64,000 nt of DNA from Euzebyales bacterium. Lineage in GTDB: Bacteria; Actinomycetota; Nitriliruptoria; Euzebyales; JAHELV01. Below are positions 1-12,300 of the stretch, piece by piece (position 1 is the stretch's first letter; each line of letters starts with the position of its first letter). The notes under the pieces are model-generated. The model ran no database searches. It saw only the letters and a list, made by a program, of their open reading frames with translations, and was not told the origin of the DNA. The stretch spans positions 17,305 through 81,304 of the forward strand of contig DASUUK010000024.1 in NCBI GenBank assembly GCA_036374135.1. Direction: 5' to 3'. Made by a program: the position numbers and the translations under genes.

Positions 1-1387
<1,387 letters not shown>

Positions 1388-1502
1388 CGCGTTGGTACCT
1401 TCGCAGGGAAAGAAACCAGTGTAGGACCGCGGCGTGCCGGACGGGCGGGCCATGCGCGGACGGGCGGTGGACCCCCGGCCCACTGCGACGGACAGCGCCG
1501 GA

Positions 1503-2183
1503 TCAGGTGATCTCGAGCAGCTTCTCGCGGACGGCGTAGACGACCGCCTCCATGCGCGAGTGCAGGTGCAGCTTCTCGAGGATGTTGCGCACGTGGTTCT
1601 TGACGGTGTTCTCGGAGATGAACAGCTCACGAGCGATGTCGCGGTTGTTCATGCCTTTGGCGACGTACGTCAGGACCTCCATCTCGCGCTTGGTCAGCCG
1701 CGGAGCGGACCGCTCCTGCTCCTCGGTGTCCTTGCGTGCCATCGCGGCGAACTCCGCCAACAGCTTGGTCGCCATGGGGGGTGAGAGCATCGACTGACCG
1801 GCGTGCACGCTGCGGACCGCATCGGCGACCTCGTCGATGGAGATCTCCTTGAGCAGGTAGCCGTTGGCGCCCGCCTTGATCGCCTCGTAGAGGTCGTCCT
1901 CCTCGTCGCTGATCGTCAGCATGACGATCTTGGCGTCGGGCAGGTGTTCCTTGATCGACCGCGTCGCTTCGATCCCCGACACCTGCGGCATCCGCACGTC
2001 CATGAGGATCAGATCGGGTGACAGCTCGACGGCGAGATCGACGGCCGCGCGACCGTTGTCCGCCTCGGCGATGACGGTGATGTCGTCCTCGCTGGCCAGC
2101 ACCATCTCGAGCCCTCGACGGAACACCGCATGGTCGTCGGCGACCAGCACGCGGATGTTCCCGCTCGTCTCCGGCTCGGCCAT
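1503..2183 (-). CDS. NarL/FixJ (LuxR-type) two-component response regulator; no kinase gene adjacent
   Basis: ORF 1503..2195. It has a receiver domain ([25 protein letters not shown]) and a C-terminal LuxR HTH ([43 protein letters not shown]). The start is placed at ATG 2183 (MAEPET), which follows GAGGTGG. Confidence 0.9.
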   Translation of the reverse strand: MAEPETSGNIRVLVADDHAVFRRGLEMVLASEDDITVIAEADNGRAAVDLAVELSPDLILMDVRMPQVSGIEATRSIKEHLPDAKIVMLTISDEEDDLYEAIKAGANGYLLKEISIDEVADAVRSVHAGQSMLSPPMATKLLAEFAAMARKDTEEQERSAPRLTKREMEVLTYVAKGMNNRDIARELFISENTVKNHVRNILEKLHLHSRMEAVVYAVREKLLEIT

Positions 2184-2330
2184 GCGGACTACCACCTCGG
2201 TTGCGGTGCCAATTGTGCGATCCGGTAGTGACTAGACTGCCACAGCCGCACTGATGCATGTGGACCAGTTAGCTTCGCACCCGTCACGACTACCAACAGT
2301 AGCAATGCCTCCCCGGCTTTGCCGTCATTC

Positions 2331-2969
2331 TCACGCCTGGTAGACATGCGATCCGTTCTCGGCGGATGTCGCATCGACGGCGGCCAGGGTGACGACCATG
2401 ATCCGCCTCGCTCCGGCCGCCAGGAGCACGGATGCGGCCGCCGAGGCGGTTCCTCCGGTTGTCCGGACGTCGTCAACCAGGACTATGCGAGATGGCACGC
2501 ATGGTGCGCTCTGGAAGTCGTCCCGCCGGGCGATCCGACGCTGCGCCGCGGTCAACGTCGTCTGGTCACTGTCCTGCCGTACCCGGCGCAGCAGCGCCAC
2601 GGCGCCGGGCCCGGCCAGCGTGCGGGGGATGTCTGCGCCACGCCGACGTCGGCGCGCACGGGTCGAGGGCACCCACGTCCGCGGCCACGGCGGCACCCGG
2701 ACGTCCAGCTGGCTCCAGAGCAGGCGCGCCAGATCCGCTGCCGCGGCGTGTCGTCCCGGTGTCTTGACGTCCCGGATCGCCTCCGCCACGACGCCCTCGT
2801 AGCGGAACGCCGCCACCGCGATCACCGCATGCGCGAGCCGGACCGGTGCGCCTCCGCGCAGGCGCAGGGCCGACGAGGCGTCGCGACACGCCGGGCACAG
2901 CCCCGCACCGCGCCGGCCACAGGCGGCACAGCGGAGCGGGAGGACGACATCGAGCAGGCGGTGCACCAT
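2331..2969 (-). CDS. comF: ComF family phosphoribosyltransferase-like protein
   Basis: N-terminal Cys-x2-Cys pairs (LRCAACGRRGAGLCPACR) and a C-terminal PRTase loop (IVLVDDVRTTGGTA), typical of ComFC. Confidence 0.85.
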   Translation of the reverse strand: MVHRLLDVVLPLRCAACGRRGAGLCPACRDASSALRLRGGAPVRLAHAVIAVAAFRYEGVVAEAIRDVKTPGRHAAAADLARLLWSQLDVRVPPWPRTWVPSTRARRRRRGADIPRTLAGPGAVALLRRVRQDSDQTTLTAAQRRIARRDDFQSAPCVPSRIVLVDDVRTTGGTASAAASVLLAAGARRIMVVTLAAVDATSAENGSHVYQA

Positions 2970-3097
2970 GTGGCCACGATCACACGCTCCGGTCGCCGGA
3001 CGCGACGCCCACCGTCCAGCGGTGTGGATGACGTGGTCGCGCGCCCTGGTTGCCCGGCCATCGGCGGCATCGGTCGGCGCCGCGCCGCAGAGGCCGG

Positions 3098-3937
3098 CTA
3101 GAGGATCGCCTGGGGCGTGACGGCCACGATGCCCGTCGCGCCGAGTGCCCGCAGATCGCCGAGACGTTCCCAGAGCTCATCGGCGCCGACGACGAAGTGG
3201 ACCGCCACCAGGTCGGTCGTGCCGGCGAGCGGCAGCACGGTCGGCGACGCGAGGCCAGGAAACAGGTACCGCAGCTTGTCGACCTGTGCCGGCTGCACGT
3301 GGAGCATCACGTACCGATGGCGCCCCGCCGCCAGCGCCGCGCCCAGACGCAGCGCCATGTCGTCGAGCACCGTGTGGTCGGCGCGTCGAACGAACAACGC
3401 CTGGCACGGGGTCATGACCTCGAGCACGCGCAGCCGGTTGCGCGCCAGGCTGGCGCCGGTCTCGCGGAGGTCGACGATCGCGTCAGCGATGCCGGCAGCG
3501 CACACACCCTCCAGGGAGCCACCCAGCTCGAGCACCGCCACGTCGACGCCCCGGCGGGCGAAGAACGTTCGCGTGAGGTGCGGCAGGTGCGTGGCCACGG
3601 TGCACCCGGCCAGGTCGTCAGCGGTGATGCGGCCGTCGTCGTCGCGGCTGGCGACCACTAGGTCCGAGCGCGCGAAGCCCAGCGGCAACGCGTCGAGGTC
3701 GTCGAGCTCGTGCTCCTCGACAAGATCCGTCGCGATGAACGCCGCGTCGACCTGGCCCGCGGCCAGCGCGCGGGCCGCGTCGCGTGAGCGCATCTCGATG
3801 AACGACAAGCCATCGACGGGGGCGATCGACTGGTTGCCGTGCAAGCGCGACGTGGCGTACCCGGCCGCACCGAGCAGCTCGAGCGTCCTGGTGCGCAGCC
3901 GTCCGCGTGACGGAACGGCCACCCATGGCGCTGTCAT
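3098..3937 (-). CDS. hisG: ATP phosphoribosyltransferase (long form)
   Basis: The C-terminal 280 aa of ORF 3098..4111 match HisG (VAVPSRGRL, DAAFIATDLV, IVDLRETGASL). ATG 3937 is preceded by GGAGGAAG and overlaps the hisE stop (ATGA). The upstream Arg-rich extension looks non-coding. Confidence 0.9.
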   Translation of the reverse strand: MTAPWVAVPSRGRLRTRTLELLGAAGYATSRLHGNQSIAPVDGLSFIEMRSRDAARALAAGQVDAAFIATDLVEEHELDDLDALPLGFARSDLVVASRDDDGRITADDLAGCTVATHLPHLTRTFFARRGVDVAVLELGGSLEGVCAAGIADAIVDLRETGASLARNRLRVLEVMTPCQALFVRRADHTVLDDMALRLGAALAAGRHRYVMLHVQPAQVDKLRYLFPGLASPTVLPLAGTTDLVAVHFVVGADELWERLGDLRALGATGIVAVTPQAIL

Positions 3938-4242
3938 CGTCTTCCTCCCGCCTCGGTGCCTACGCCGGCGTGACGCGAGGCGAGCTCGGTGAGCACGTCG
4001 TCGAGCCGCACGTCGACCGCCACCAGCCCCGCCAGCAGGTGGAACACGAGGTCCGCGGCCTCCTCGGTGACGCGGGCGCGGTCGACGTCGTCGCGCACGA
4101 GCTCCACGCACGTCTCATAGGCCTCCTCCATGATCTTGCGGGAGGCACGTTCGGGATCGGTGACCAGCGTGACGGAGTACGACTCGGCGGGTGCGTCGAC
4201 CCGCCGGGTCCGCAGCACCGCCTCGAGATCGTGCAGGAACAT
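3934..4242 (-). CDS. hisE: Phosphoribosyl-ATP pyrophosphatase
   Basis: 102 aa with MazG-like HisE motifs (SYSVTL, KIMEEAYETCVE, EEAADLVFHLL). There is a 4-nt overlap with hisG. Confidence 0.9.
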   Translation of the reverse strand: MFLHDLEAVLRTRRVDAPAESYSVTLVTDPERASRKIMEEAYETCVELVRDDVDRARVTEEAADLVFHLLAGLVAVDVRLDDVLTELASRHAGVGTEAGGRR

Positions 4243-4344
4243 CGGTTCGTCACTCCCGGTGGGACGCGCATCGGCGGCGGCCAGCCTATGTGCCGCGGCA
4301 GACGGACGCGGAGCGCAGCAGGGGCGCGCGCGGGTTGCCGGTGT

Positions 4345-5391
4345 TCAGGCCAGGACGGCCTTGAGCCGGTCGACCGCCTCGATCGGCGTGGGATCCACAC
4401 CACGCGCGAGCGCCGTGTACACGCTGATCAGGTCGACGTGCAGCAGCAGCTCCGCCAGGCGGGCCAGCGGTGGGCCGCCGGTCGACGCCACCTCGGCTGT
4501 CCACGCGAAGTGCCTGTCGGTGATGTCCACCGACGGCGCCACCCGCCGCTTGACCTCGCCGTGCTCGCCGTCGGGGTCACGCACCATGAGCAGCGCGCTA
4601 CGGGGGGTCAGGTGCTCCAGCCAGTGACCGACGATGGCGTTGTGGTCGGCCTCAGGCAGCGTCGCGGCGTAGGCGGGCAGCTTGGCGTTCTCGTTGAGCT
4701 GCGTGACGAGGCGGTGCGCCACGACCGATGCCAACCCCTGCGTGCCCCACGCCACCGCCAGGTCGACCTGCGCCAGCTGCTCCGCGAGGCGCTTGGCCGG
4801 GTTGTCACGCCGCGGGATGTGCCGACCGCAGGCGGCGACCGCGCGGCGCTGACCCGCGATCGCGTCGTCGAGCTGACCGCCCAGCCCGAAGACCCCCAGC
4901 AGCGGCACCAGCAACCAGCCCAGACTGTGGCGGGGCGGGGCACCCGCCGGCACGACTGCGACGGGCCAGCCCTGCTCGTGGGCACGCGCCCCCAGCCGCC
5001 CACCGCTGGTCACGACGGCGATCGGGGCACCGCGGAGCTCGGCCTGGGTGACGGCGTCGAGGGTCTCGGCGGTGTTGCCGGAGTGGGAGACCGCGATGAC
5101 CTGCGTCGACGGACCGACGAAGCACGGCAGGCCGTAGCCCTGGTGAACGACCAGCGGCACCTCCAGCTCGTCGAGCAGCAGCGCCGCCAGCAGGTGCCCC
5201 ACGATCCCCGAGCCGCCCATGCCGACGACACAGACCTGCTCGGCGAGGGTCAGGTCGACGTTCAGCCCGACGCGTCGTGCGTCGTCCCACTGCCACGGCG
5301 CGCCTTCGACATCGGCGAGCGCGTCGCTGAGGTCGACGCGGCCGTAGTGGTCGGGCTCGTCGAGATCGACGCCACCGTCGAGGTCGGTCAT
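4345..5391 (-). CDS. SIS-domain bifunctional phosphoglucose/phosphomannose isomerase-like protein
   Basis: 348 aa with a SIS motif (VCVVGMGGSGIVG, VIAVSHSGNTAETL). It lies in an operon-like series with manB. Confidence 0.75.
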   Translation of the reverse strand: MTDLDGGVDLDEPDHYGRVDLSDALADVEGAPWQWDDARRVGLNVDLTLAEQVCVVGMGGSGIVGHLLAALLLDELEVPLVVHQGYGLPCFVGPSTQVIAVSHSGNTAETLDAVTQAELRGAPIAVVTSGGRLGARAHEQGWPVAVVPAGAPPRHSLGWLLVPLLGVFGLGGQLDDAIAGQRRAVAACGRHIPRRDNPAKRLAEQLAQVDLAVAWGTQGLASVVAHRLVTQLNENAKLPAYAATLPEADHNAIVGHWLEHLTPRSALLMVRDPDGEHGEVKRRVAPSVDITDRHFAWTAEVASTGGPPLARLAELLLHVDLISVYTALARGVDPTPIEAVDRLKAVLA

Positions 5392-5406
5392 CTGCGCTCG
5401 CTGCGG

Positions 5407-5598
5407 TCAGGAGCTGCTGCGGCTCGGCCGGCGCGGCGGCGACGCCTCTTCGACCAGCATCACGGGGATGTTCTCGCGCACCGGGTAGTGCAGCTCACAC
5501 TGCGTGCAGATGATGACCTTGCGCCGATCCTTGTAGACGATCTCACCATGGCAGGCGGGACAGATCAGCAGGTCGATCAGGGACTGGTCGACAGCCAT
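5407..5598 (-). CDS. Trm112/UPF0434 family small zinc-ribbon protein
   Basis: MAVDQSLIDLLICPACHGEI...CTQCELHYPVRENIPVMLVEEA. ATG 5598 is preceded by AAGGAGAA. The longer track ORF (to 5775) overlaps manB and is rejected. Confidence 0.8.
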   Translation of the reverse strand: MAVDQSLIDLLICPACHGEIVYKDRRKVIICTQCELHYPVRENIPVMLVEEASPPRRPSRSSS

Positions 5599-5650
5599 GG
5601 ACTTCTCCTTGGGTTGCTCCGGCCGCCTCCGACAGGCGGTTGACGTGCGA

Positions 5651-7015
5651 CTAGGAACGGACCAGCGCGAGCACCTCGTCGCGGATGGCGGCCATCGTCT
5701 CGGCGTCGGTGGCTTCGACGTTGAGGCGCAGCATCGGTTCGGTGTTCGACGGGCGGACGTTGAACCACCAGACACCCGACGAGACGGTCAGGCCGTCAGC
5801 GTAGTCCGCGTCGCCACGGTCGGCGAACGCGTCAGCGACGGTGATGACCGCGGCGTCGGCGTCGGCGACCCGGCTGTTGATCTCGCCCGACTGCACGTAC
5901 ACGTCGTACGGGGCGACCATCTCGGCGAGTGAACCACCGTGGGCGCTGAGCGCCTCGAGGAGGATCAGCGCGGCGATGAGGCCGGAGTCCGCACGGAAGT
6001 TGTCCCGGAAGTAGTAGTGGCCGGAGTGCTCGCCCCCGAAGATCGCGCCCGTCTCCGCCATCACCGACTTGATGTAGGAGTGGCCGACCCGCGTGCGCAC
6101 CGGGCGTCCACCGGCGCGTCGGATGGTCTCCGGCACGATGCGCGAGCAGATCAGGTTGTACAGCACCGGCGCACCCGGATCGCGCGCGAGCATGCGCTCG
6201 GCCGCGACCGCGGTGACCAGTGACGGTGACACCGGCCGGCCTGCGCCGTCGACGCAGAACATGCGGTCGGCGTCGCCGTCGAAGGCCAGGCCGATGTCAC
6301 ATGCGTCGGCGCGCACCAGCGCCGTCAGGTCGGCGAGGTTCTCCGGCTCGATGGGACTGGCCGGGTGGTTGGGGAACGTCCCGTCGAGCTCGAAGTACAA
6401 CGGCACCAGCTCGAACGGCAGCGGGCCGAACACCGCGGGCACGACGTGGCCGGCCATGCCGTTACCCGCGTCGACGGCGACACGCAGCGGCCGCAGGACC
6501 GTCGTGTCGACGAAGCTGCGCACGTGGGCGGCGAAGTCGTCGAGCACGTCGATCTCGCGATGGCCGCCCTCCCGCGGCGCCGCAGCGAACCGGCCGGCGG
6601 CGGCGCGGTCACGGATGCGTCGGAGGCCGGTGTCGAAGGCGACGGGCTCGGCGCCGGCACGGCACAACTTCAACCCGTTGTAGCCGGCGGGGTTGTGGCT
6701 GGCCGTCACCATGACGCCCGGCAGATCCAGGTGGCCGGACGCGTAGTACAGCATGTCGGTCGACGCCAGCCCCAGGTCGATGGTGTCCACTCCCTGGGCG
6801 CGGGCGCCACGCATCACCGCGTCCGCGAGCACCGGTGAGCTGGGGCGCATGTCCCGACCCACGAGCATGCCCGACGCCGCCAACTCGACCGCGGCGGCCC
6901 GGCCGATCAGGTGTGCGAGGTCCGTGTCGAGCTCGGACGGAACGAGGCCCCGGACGTCGTAGGCCTTGACGACCCGATCGAGCCTCACCGACGGGTCAGC
7001 ATTGGTCACGGACAC
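5651..7015 (-). CDS. manB: Phosphomannomutase/phosphoglucomutase
   Basis: 454 aa. It has the active-site loop VMVTASHNPAGYNGLK, the metal loop AFDGDADR and the sugar-binding GGEHSGHYYF. Confidence 0.92.
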   Translation of the reverse strand: MSVTNADPSVRLDRVVKAYDVRGLVPSELDTDLAHLIGRAAAVELAASGMLVGRDMRPSSPVLADAVMRGARAQGVDTIDLGLASTDMLYYASGHLDLPGVMVTASHNPAGYNGLKLCRAGAEPVAFDTGLRRIRDRAAAGRFAAAPREGGHREIDVLDDFAAHVRSFVDTTVLRPLRVAVDAGNGMAGHVVPAVFGPLPFELVPLYFELDGTFPNHPASPIEPENLADLTALVRADACDIGLAFDGDADRMFCVDGAGRPVSPSLVTAVAAERMLARDPGAPVLYNLICSRIVPETIRRAGGRPVRTRVGHSYIKSVMAETGAIFGGEHSGHYYFRDNFRADSGLIAALILLEALSAHGGSLAEMVAPYDVYVQSGEINSRVADADAAVITVADAFADRGDADYADGLTVSSGVWWFNVRPSNTEPMLRLNVEATDAETMAAIRDEVLALVRS

Positions 7016-7028
7016 CGACCGCCGGGCA

Positions 7029-7583
7029 TCACGTAGGCCGGCTGCGTGTCAACGCGACCACAACGCCGCGGGATTCCGGCTCGATCGGCATCTGCAGCTG
7101 GCCCTGCAGCTCGAAGGCCTCGTCGTCGAGCAGCGTGCGCGTGACCGGCTCGTAGGGGTGCCCGGTTCGGCGCTCGACCGCCCGTGCATCCTCAGCCGAC
7201 GGACCGCCGGCCGCCGTCGGCGCCAGGTTGTCGACCGACGGGGAGGACTGCTCGGGCCCGGGTGGCTCCTCCGCGGCCGCGCCGACACCCCACGCCTCGG
7301 CCAGACGCGGCAGCGCGGCCGTCAGGGCCGCATAGCGATCGGGACCGGGGTTCGACGACGGCGGGTCCGGCGGCACCTGGGGGTCGGGTTCGGGTGACCG
7401 CGTCCGCCGGTCGAGGCGTTCCCATCCGCGCGGCACGATCAGGACGTCGGCGTGCGCCGCACACAGGTCGTAGAACGCGGGGTCCTTGTCCTCGGACAGG
7501 TCGACGAGCGACGCCTGGCGCGCGTCGTACCGGAACGACAGCGTCACCGTCGCCGCCTGCTGACATCCCGCTCGCTGGCACAT
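7029..7583 (-). CDS. DUF3499-like protein (Cys-rich N-terminus, Pro-rich tail)
   Basis: MCQRAGCQQAATVTLSFRYD...YDLCAAHADVLIVPRGWERLD resembles the DUF3499 family found next to manB in actinobacteria. The start is uncertain. The track ORF extends to 7718, but that extension has poor GC3 and contains a hairpin. Confidence 0.7.
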   Translation of the reverse strand: MCQRAGCQQAATVTLSFRYDARQASLVDLSEDKDPAFYDLCAAHADVLIVPRGWERLDRRTRSPEPDPQVPPDPPSSNPGPDRYAALTAALPRLAEAWGVGAAAEEPPGPEQSSPSVDNLAPTAAGGPSAEDARAVERRTGHPYEPVTRTLLDDEAFELQGQLQMPIEPESRGVVVALTRSRPT

Positions 7584-7693
7584 CCGTTGGGCTGCGGGAG
7601 CGACTGCCCCGCCCTGAGCTCCATGGAACCAGGCGCCGCCCGGGTGGTCCTTGGCCAGCGGAGCCGTTCCTCGACGTGTCGCGTGCAACAGGG

Positions 7694-7725
7694 CCCCGCG
7701 GATGTCGTGATCACTCATCGCGGGG
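7694..7725 (-). terminator. GC-rich hairpin (CCCCGCG-N18-CGCGGGG) downstream of the DUF5719-like gene
   Basis: A 7-bp inverted repeat is seen directly at 7694-7700 / 7719-7725, followed on the minus strand by CCCTGTTGC. Its position between a stop (7800) and the next start fits an intrinsic terminator or attenuator. Confidence 0.35.
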
Positions 7726-7799
7726 CAACAGTAGACGACCCACCGGTCGATTCGGGCGAACCGCCACCATCAGCGGCGGAGAGCGGTCGGGCACGCACT

Positions 7800-9308
7800 C
7801 TACCGGTCCTGCTGCGCCGGGAAGTCGACCGGCCGGGTCCCCAGGGTCTCGTCCCGACGTGGGATCGGCGCGTCCTGCGAGCCCTCCCAGGTGTTCGCGG
7901 GGACGAGCGGCAGGGTCAGCAGGCAGCTCACCCGCTTGCTGCCGGCGAGGCGCAGGGTGGCGTACAGCGGCTGATCGGCGGACACGGTGACGGGCGCGCC
8001 GCCGTCGGTGACCCCCGCCTGCGCGAACGGCAGGAGGCGCATCTCGCCCGCTGCGATCTCGAGGGCGTCCCACCCCTCGGGCGCGACGCCCGAGGCGCTG
8101 GCGGTGGCCGTGACCGGTGTGGAGCCGGCGTTGTACAGCGCGAGTGCAGGACCCGTGCCACCGGGCGCTGTCGCCGCGACGCTGGTCTGATCGGCCTCAG
8201 GGATCCCGGCCAGCGAGGTCACGGCGGCGTCGTCACCGCTCCTGGCGACGAAGCTGGTCGCGACGAAGCCGACGTCGTTGGTCGACGTCACCGTCACACC
8301 GAAGGTCGACTTCGACGACAGTCCTTCGAGCTCGATCCGCTCGACGCTCTCGGGCCCGACGACCACCTCCTGCGCCACGGCCTCCGCGGCGACCTCGTCG
8401 CTGGCGCTCACCTCGAGCTCGGCGGAGCGGGTGTTCGGGTTCAGGACGGTGATCCACGACGCGTTGCGCTCGTCGGCGGCCGCGTATGCGAACCCGGCGG
8501 AGGTCGCGTCGGACGGTTGCGCCTGCAGCACGGTCCGTCCCGCCGGCGCACCGGTGTCGCTGGACACCCCGGCTCCGTCGAGCTCGATGTCCGGCAGATC
8601 CGGTTGACCGAACTGCTGCACACCGGTGGCGATGACCCGGCCCGCGTCGACCTCGACGATCACGCCGAGGTCGGGTTGCTCGGGTTGTAGATCGCTCACA
8701 TCCACCGCGATGACGTCACGGGCGGGCACCGACAGGTTCTCGCTGGACACCAGGTTGACCCGCCCCTCGGGTGTGGCGAAGGCGACACGCGCGACGGCGT
8801 CGGAGTCAAACGGGTTGAACAGGTAGACGCGCGTGCTTGATCCGATGACGGTCGAGGCACCGCTCAGCAGCCAGCGGGGCGCGGGACTGGGGGTGCACGA
8901 GTCGCCCAGGCGGTCGCCTCCACGCCCCTCCACGTTCCACGAGGCGGTCGCGGGCCCGCCCCGCCAGCGGATCTCCACGGCGGGCGGACGCCTGCCGCCG
9001 TCGATCTCGATCTCCTCGGTGTCGCCCGGTTCGAGCTGGCGGGGCTCACCCAGATCCTCGACCTGACCGCCACCCACGCTGGCGACGGTCACCCGTGACG
9101 TGTCCTCACCCGCGGCCGCGACGGTCAGCGTGGCCGTCTCGCCGTTGCGCGCGATCGGGACGCAGTACCACGCGCCGCTGTTGACGTCGATCTGCTCGGC
9201 GAACGTCGCGGACGGCGGCTCGGGTGCCGCGACGACGCGGTCGGCGGCCACCGTTGCGCCAACCAGCAACGCGAGAACGGTCAGGACGAATGCGATCTGC
9301 CGGCTCAT
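7800..9308 (-). CDS. Secreted/anchored protein of unknown function, DUF5719-like
   Basis: 502 aa. It has an N-terminal hydrophobic signal/anchor (IAFVLTVLALLVGATVAA) and Ala/Val/Gly/Thr-rich beta-type sequence with no catalytic motif. GGGGAG lies 7 nt upstream of the ATG. It sits directly downstream of the giant GT2. Confidence 0.6.
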   Translation of the reverse strand: MSRQIAFVLTVLALLVGATVAADRVVAAPEPPSATFAEQIDVNSGAWYCVPIARNGETATLTVAAAGEDTSRVTVASVGGGQVEDLGEPRQLEPGDTEEIEIDGGRRPPAVEIRWRGGPATASWNVEGRGGDRLGDSCTPSPAPRWLLSGASTVIGSSTRVYLFNPFDSDAVARVAFATPEGRVNLVSSENLSVPARDVIAVDVSDLQPEQPDLGVIVEVDAGRVIATGVQQFGQPDLPDIELDGAGVSSDTGAPAGRTVLQAQPSDATSAGFAYAAADERNASWITVLNPNTRSAELEVSASDEVAAEAVAQEVVVGPESVERIELEGLSSKSTFGVTVTSTNDVGFVATSFVARSGDDAAVTSLAGIPEADQTSVAATAPGGTGPALALYNAGSTPVTATASASGVAPEGWDALEIAAGEMRLLPFAQAGVTDGGAPVTVSADQPLYATLRLAGSKRVSCLLTLPLVPANTWEGSQDAPIPRRDETLGTRPVDFPAQQDR

Positions 9309-9323
9309 CGTGAACTCCCCGAC

Positions 9324-12300
9324 CTACCGCAGGTCGCCGGTGATCGTGGCGGCCGCCGCGGCACGCGCGGCGGGCCCGGGCATGGGGGCCGGGTACGGCC
9401 CGACGTGGACGTCGTCGATGTCGCGACGGTCGACGCCGCTGCGCGGCGGCCGCAGCGCCAGCGAGATCACGGCGAACACGGCCAGCAGCTGCGCTGCGAC
9501 CACCCAGAGGTGCCGTGTCTCGCCGCCTGGGGTGATCTCCAGCCGGCCCGGCTCGGTGATCTCGTAGACGTTGGCGTACACACCCGGCACGGCTTGCAGC
9601 CGTTGGCCGTCGAGCTCGACGTTCCAGCGTGACGACCGGGCCTCCGACAGCAGGAGCCAGCCCGGCACCACGTCGCCGGTGTACGACCCGGGCGCGGTCT
9701 CACGGAGGCCGTCGTCCTCGAGGGCGCCGGTGTCGACCTGCCGCACGGCATCGGCGGCGGACTGCGCGGTGTCAGCGGGCACGACCGCGGCACGTGGCAG
9801 CCACGTCGACACCTCGAAGATCTGCCCGGCGCCGGATGGGAGCGGCTCCAGATCGGGTTGGGCGGACAGCAGGCCGGCGATCTCCGAGCGGTTGTCGCGA
9901 TCGTGGATCACGACGTAGCGCACGTTGAGGAGACCGAGCTCGAGCGCGGCACGCGGATCGCCCAGGCCGATCGATGCCACCGACCGTGCGAAGTCGCCGG
10001 AGAGCGGCTCGCTCGGCGACGTGCCGAACTGCAGCATCGTGGGGCCGTCGGCGTCGGTGACGTCCCAGTCGAGCGTGTCCTCACCGCCGGACAGCAGCAG
10101 GATCCGGTAGTTGCCGATGCGCTCGACGTCGGCGGCCACGAACGCCGGGACCAGGTCGCGGGCGATGCGCAGCTCCGACCACGGATCGGTGACCACCCGG
10201 TACAGCCCGCCGGCGAGCCCGGCGACCAGCACGAGCGCGCATCCGGCCGCCAGCACCTGGCGGAGCCCGAAGTTGTAGGTGCGGAGATGATCGCTGATGC
10301 TGCGGGCGGCGAGTGTCGCCAGCCCCGCCAGCGCCAGGGCGCCGGGCAGCAGCAGCGCCGGGATCCACGTGGTCTCCAGACCCAGGAAGCCGATCCCCCA
10401 GGCGATCATGCCCCAGATGGTGATGACGCCGAGCAGGACGACCACAGCGGTCGCACGCCCGCGGCCCGTCAGCAACAGGGCGGCGCCCACGACGCCGGCC
10501 GTGACCAGCGCCGCGACGTACACGCCGATCGGTTCGAGCCCGGGAAGGATGTCGGGGGCCAGCAGGAACGCCTGCCAGGCGGTCACCGGCTCGAACGGGG
10601 CGGCGTCGATGACCTGCCCACCGCTCCGGACCACGTCGGCCAGCCAGGGGGCCAGCACGATGAGCGCGAGCGGGGCGGCGCTGAACGTGCGCAGAAGCGC
10701 CCCGCGACGCGACCCCACGCCCGCCGCGACCACGGCGGTCAACCAGATGCCCGCCGGCACCATCCACGCCCCCGGTGCGGCCGACCACAGGATCGCGAGC
10801 ACCAGGGCCATGACCGCCGACGCGCGCCAGCCCTCAGCCGGTGTCCGGCGGTGGTCGGCGCTCCAGACGGCGAGCACCACCAGGCCGGGCAGCAGCGCGG
10901 CGACCAGCAGTTCGCTGAACCGTCCCTCGGCCAGCGCGCCGAGGACCGCGGGGCTCAGCGTGTACACGGTGGCGCCGAGCAGACGTGGCCACATGCGGGT
11001 CGACAGCAGCCGCCCGGCGCGGATCGTCAGGATGAACGCCAACGGCAGCATGCCGAGGACGACCAGGCGCTGGGCCAACCACATCGAGCCGAGACCCAGG
11101 TAGCTGAGCAGACCGAGCACCGGTTGGACGGGTGGCAGGAACGACCAGGATCCCAGCGGGTCGCCGTGCCACGGGTGGGTGTACGCGCGGATGAAGTCCG
11201 TGGCCTCGTCGGGCCACGGCAGCACCTGGCCACCGATGATCTGCCCGCCGCCGAGCAGCGGGATGGCGCCCACGAGATAGAGCGCCAGCAGGATCGGCCC
11301 GACGATCAGGCTGGGGTGGCGTCGCAGGAACGCGCCCAGCGTCCGCGACTGGGACGTGCGCAGGGTCGCGGTCGTCGGATCCTCGAGCAGGCGTGGCGTC
11401 CGCGAACCCGACAGCCAGGTACCGATGGCCTCGCCGTAGTCGCGCAGCCGCGCCCACGGACTGGCGAACAGCGGACGAAGGTCACTGTCGGTCCGTCGTC
11501 GCAGCTGCTGCACCCCGCGTCGCAGCAGCAGCGTGCGCGGGAGCCTGAGCACGTTCCAGCCGACGGCCTTCAGGCCGGCCGTGCCCGCACCCACGCGGCG
11601 GGTCAACAGCAGCCCCAGCGCCCGGAACAGGAACAGCACCGTGCCGACCGGGATCAGCAGCGCCAGCCGCGCCAGGCTGTAGTTCTTGAGCATCGCCGCG
11701 AGCGTGTGGCGCTCTGTCAGGTACTCGACCTCGTGGGAGCGGTCCTCACCGAGGGGACGTCCGCCACGCTCGCCCGCACTGACGTGGTAGCCGACCGCGT
11801 GCGGTACGACCCGCACGCGGTAGCCCGCGATCCATGCGCGCCAGCACAGGTCCAGGTCCTCGCGCGCGAACGACATGCGGGTGTCGAACCCACCGAGCCC
11901 CTCGTACGCGTCGGACCGCACGATCATGCCGGCGGTCGACACGAACAGCGTGTCGGTCTCCTCGTCGTGCTGACCCTGGTCGATCTCGCCGGGGTCCAGC
12001 TGTCGTGACCACCGGCCGAACGGATCGATCGTCTGGCCGACCTGCTGGACCAACGGCTCCTGGGACCACTCGCGCAGCTTGGGTCCGGCCACCGCGACCT
12101 CGGGGTCGGCCTCCATCGTCGCCAGCAGCGTGGCGACGGTGTCGACGGTCATCACGAGGTCGTCGTGGAGCATGAGGACCAGCGGCGCGCCGGCCAGCGC
12201 CGGGTGTCTCCGGCCGATCTCGAACGCCTCGGCGAATGTGCGCGGCTCGTCGAGCCGGACGAGCCGGTCGGCGGTCACCCGCGATGTGAGCAGGTCCGAC

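Noticed and set aside
7584-7718. Possible longer start (ATG 7718) for the DUF3499-like gene
   Set aside because: Those 45 codons have clearly lower GC3 than surrounding genes, and the ATG sits inside a 7-bp GC hairpin that looks like the terminator of the upstream gene. Kept as an alternative only.
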